From: Bugula neritina
Lineage: Eukaryota; Animalia; Bryozoa
Assembly (NCBI GenBank): GCA_964035545.1
Contig: OZ037765.1
Coordinates: 1,488,001 to 1,552,000 of the forward strand
DNA: 64,000 nt
Direction: 5' to 3'
Of this stretch, positions 60,971-64,000 are shown piece by piece; positions within the stretch are counted from its first letter, which is position 1; each line of letters starts with the position of its first letter. The translations under genes were made by a program, and so were the position numbers. A model generated the notes under the pieces. It worked only from the letters and a program-made list of their open reading frames with translations. It was not told where the DNA came from and made no database searches.

Positions 60971-62612
60971 TAAATTTACTCATTGAAGTATATTATGACT
61001 TATTTCAGCACCACATTGCTAAACTAACAAATATTGCTATGCACAAACTAAATTTCAGGCAATGTAGCAACAAAAGTGTACTGTTTAGAGGCCAGTAATA
61101 AGGATGTGGGTAATTAATCGTTAAGAAGTTATTACAACAGTATTTATATTATAACATTAGATGATAACAAATATTGTTATTGCAATATAATATTATTTTT
61201 TGTTTATTCTGTAATTCTATTGTAATCACTTATTGCTTTCAAATTAGCACTTGAAAACAGAATTTAAAACTTTGAAAGGTTTAAGGAAATCTGTTACTTG
61301 TCTGTGTTGTAAAGCTGTGTCTTACCACCGGTTTTTTTATATTATTTATAAACTTTTATACTTGTTATCCTTACTGCCAGTGTTCATGTACTAAGGCTGA
61401 AATTTGCTTTGCTGTTGCTTTTCATTTAATTTTGACTAATGTGTTGATCTAATCAATAAATATGTAATGCATTTGTTAGGTTATTAAAGTCATTATCATA
61501 TATACTTGAGGTACATGCTTTATAAAATGATAATTAGTCATGAAATTACAAATACCAAAAGTAAAATAAACAAAATAATTGGTTCCTGCTTCACATTGCT
61601 GAATTTTCATTATTTTTTAGTGTTAACCTCAATTTATAAGCTCTAATAGCTTGCATTTATAATGGATTTTACTACTACTGCGTGCAAAACAAGTAGGCGT
61701 GGTTAAGTTTTCCATGTTAAGGCGGAGCTAAACTATTTGGCCATGCTAAAACGTCCTTGGCCTCTCCAGGTCTATTCCAGCTCAGTGATACCGACCTTCA
61801 GTGGTGCCATACCAACGGTACCCGCAGATGTAAAACTGTTATGTCCCAAATTGAAAAGTCTTTGCATTATTTGCACGCAAAAAAATTATTTCATGCAATT
61901 TTCTCATAAATAAAATTAAAGTACAATAATCAAATAAAGTTATCTAAACAAAAGTTATCTGCTCTTTTATTTGCAAGGTATGATAGCTTTGCTCCCTGTT
62001 TATAACAACCAAATTATCCCGTGGTAAATCTTCGCACGTTTTAAATATAATTATCATAGTGATAGTCATCGAAATCGGGTTCAGTTTCAGGTGTGTTCAA
62101 TGTGAAAAACCTAGAAGTGATGCCTGTTTTGTTTTTAAAAGATTTGCAAAGATTACATATTTGCCTTTTCTATTACTATCTAAATGCGTATCATAGTTCA
62201 GATTGTTTTTTAATCCATCGTGTATCAGTAATCAGTATGAGTATCACTATGACTATGACTATCACTATGACTGATACTACAACTATGAGTATGACTATCT
62301 CAATCTCAGATCTGACTCTCAATCTGTTGAAGACCTTTTATTTCAACGAGTTGCCTTTGTTATTCAATACCCTTACTATTTAATTAGAATAGACAATAGC
62401 TCTGATTTTCTCCAAACAGTATGAGTATTTAGGTGCACAACATTCACATTGTTTTTCATTTCAAAGCTCCAGGTCTTACGGAAGCTCCGTGTTAAAATTT
62501 TAAGTTACATTCATTTTGGTTTTATAAAGTTTAAATATGAAAATGTTTATGATCATAATATTTTGTACATATTTTTATAGCTACTTTAGTGGGTTCACTC
62601 TCTTCAAGCATA

Positions 62613-63524
62613 ATGAACATTTCTCTATACGCCAAAGTAGAAGATTCTTCCTCAAGCACTTCCTCATCTCTTAAAGTTTCGCCCCCATACATCTCAGAGT
62701 CAAATGGAGCCAACAGACTTGAGTGAGTAATAAACTACAAAGGTATAAGCAAACTTGCAGCTTTATATAAACAAAAATAACTTTTCAATTAATTATGCTT
62801 TTATTCTGCTTTTGTAATATTTTAGATTCAATCAAGTATTTGGTGCTGGAGCCACGCCTGTCTCTAATGAATCCATTTACAGTTCTGTCTGTTCCTCATT
62901 AGTAAGTGGATTTCAGTTATTCTAGTACAACGGACTTCGGCAACAGCAGTAAAAATATTTGTTATCAGAAATGCTATGAGTCTTGTCAGTTGTTGATGAG
63001 TTAAAAATAAATTCACTGGCAATGTTAGCAGTATTTCTTGTTTATCGAAGTGAATCAATCTATCAAAGTGAGTCAGTGTATCAAAGTGATTTAGCTTCAG
63101 TCATTGGTTTGCAGGTGGAGATGTTGGTGGAAGGGTACAACACATCTGTAATACTGACAGGCATGTCCAAGTTGTCTTCCCTTGACATCATAGCAGGTGG
63201 AAGTACTGATGGAATATTTTACCAGTCTCTAAATGGGGTGTTTCATGGCACAGATGAAGGTATTGTGTAACCACTGGCAATGTTTTCTCATCTCTGTTGT
63301 TCTTGTGGGTGGAAGATTGTAAAATCAATATTGTTATTTTATTTTCAATAATCTTTTTAGTGCGAAGTCAAGATCATGAGAGATTTTCTAGTCTCGGGGC
63401 GCGGAAAGACTCCACCATAACCATTAGTCTGTTTGAAGTAAACACAGACAAGGCTACAGATCTTATATCGTCCAGGAACAATATCGGTATAGAAGAAGAT
63501 GCTGAGCATGGTGATTGGTTGAGG
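62613..63524 (+). CDS. Kinesin motor-domain-like protein with a degenerate P-loop, 3' end outside window; exons 62613-62722, 62826-62901, 63115-63259, 63361-63524
   Basis: NISLYAKV; EFNQVFG..NESIYSSVCSSLVEMLVEGYNTSVILTG; GIFYQSLNGVF; ITISLFEVNTDKATDLI; IEEDAEHG. These are kinesin motifs in the correct order and spacing, and exon phases 2, 0, 1 are consistent. Confidence 0.72.
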
Positions 63525-63900
63525 GTAAGTCTTGCTCCCAGGTGATTGGTTGAGGGTAAGTCTTTCTCCCAGGTGATTGGTTGAGGGTAAGTCTTGCTCC
63601 AAGGTGATTGGTTGAGGGTAAGTCTTGCTCCCAGGTGATTGGTTGAGGGTAAGTCTTGCTCCCAGGTGATTGGTTGAGGGTAAGTCTTGCTCCCAGGTGA
63701 TTGGTTGAGGGTAAGTCTTGCTCCCAGGTGATTGGTTGAGGGTAAGTCTTGCTCCCAGGTGATTGGTTGAGGGTAAGTCTTGCTCCCAGGTGATTGGTTG
63801 AGGGTAAGTCTTGCTCCCAGGTGATTGGTTGAGGGTAAGTCTTGCCCCCAGGTGATTGGTTGAGGGTAAGTCTTGCTCTCAGGTGATTGGTTGAGGGTAG
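63511..63900. repeat. 31-bp minisatellite (gtgattggttgagggtaagtcttgctcccag), ~12.5 copies, spanning an exon/donor junction
   Basis: Period 31 from 63511. The unit is the last 14 nt of the exon plus GTAAGT...CCCAG. Confidence 0.95.
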
Positions 63901-64000
63901 GTTTTGCTACATGGTGGTTGGTGAAACTTTACCATATTATTTGTGCTGATTAGCTAAAAATATTAAAACTAGATATTGAAGAATTTGGTGATGTTTTGTA

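Larger units (their letters stand above)
58810..61787 (+). mobile_element. P-superfamily DNA transposon (THAP9-like), internally deleted, ~2.98 kb, 8-bp TSD ATACCGAC
   Basis: ATACCGAC at 58802-58809 and 61788-61795. Ends are CAATGAACT.. and ..AGCTCAGTG (reverse complement CACTGAGCT), an imperfect TIR. Contains THAP and transposase remnants. Confidence 0.85.

Overview
AT-rich, intron-rich animal genomic DNA. It is probably a marine invertebrate such as a lophotrochozoan; this is an inference from gene content. All exon coordinates were derived by hand from GT-AG sites and frame continuity. From left to right the window holds: (1) a 5'-truncated short-chain collagen C4-like gene; (2) an orphan secreted, Thr-rich, probably GPI-anchored gene; (3) a divergent FBXO21-like F-box gene; (4) a head-to-head pair of Reeler-domain paralogues with identical intron phases, one an acidic Reeler+DOMON GPI protein lacking cytochrome b561 and the other a strongly basic Reeler domain on a ~3,650-residue Thr/Pro mucin stalk encoded in one 11.1-kb exon; (5) two tandem arylsulfatase B-like genes with patchy gene conversion; (6) CFAP96/C4orf47; (7) an ELOVL6-like gene with an intronless CDS; (8) an internally deleted, intron-containing P-superfamily (THAP9-like) transposon with a perfect 8-bp TSD; and (9) the 5' part of a kinesin-fold gene whose P-loop is degenerate. 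There are many mini/microsatellites, several starting at splice donors, and tRNA-derived SINE relics. The best candidate for an undescribed system is the Reeler-tipped giant mucin plus its Reeler-DOMON partner, within a cluster of surface-coat and sulfatase genes.
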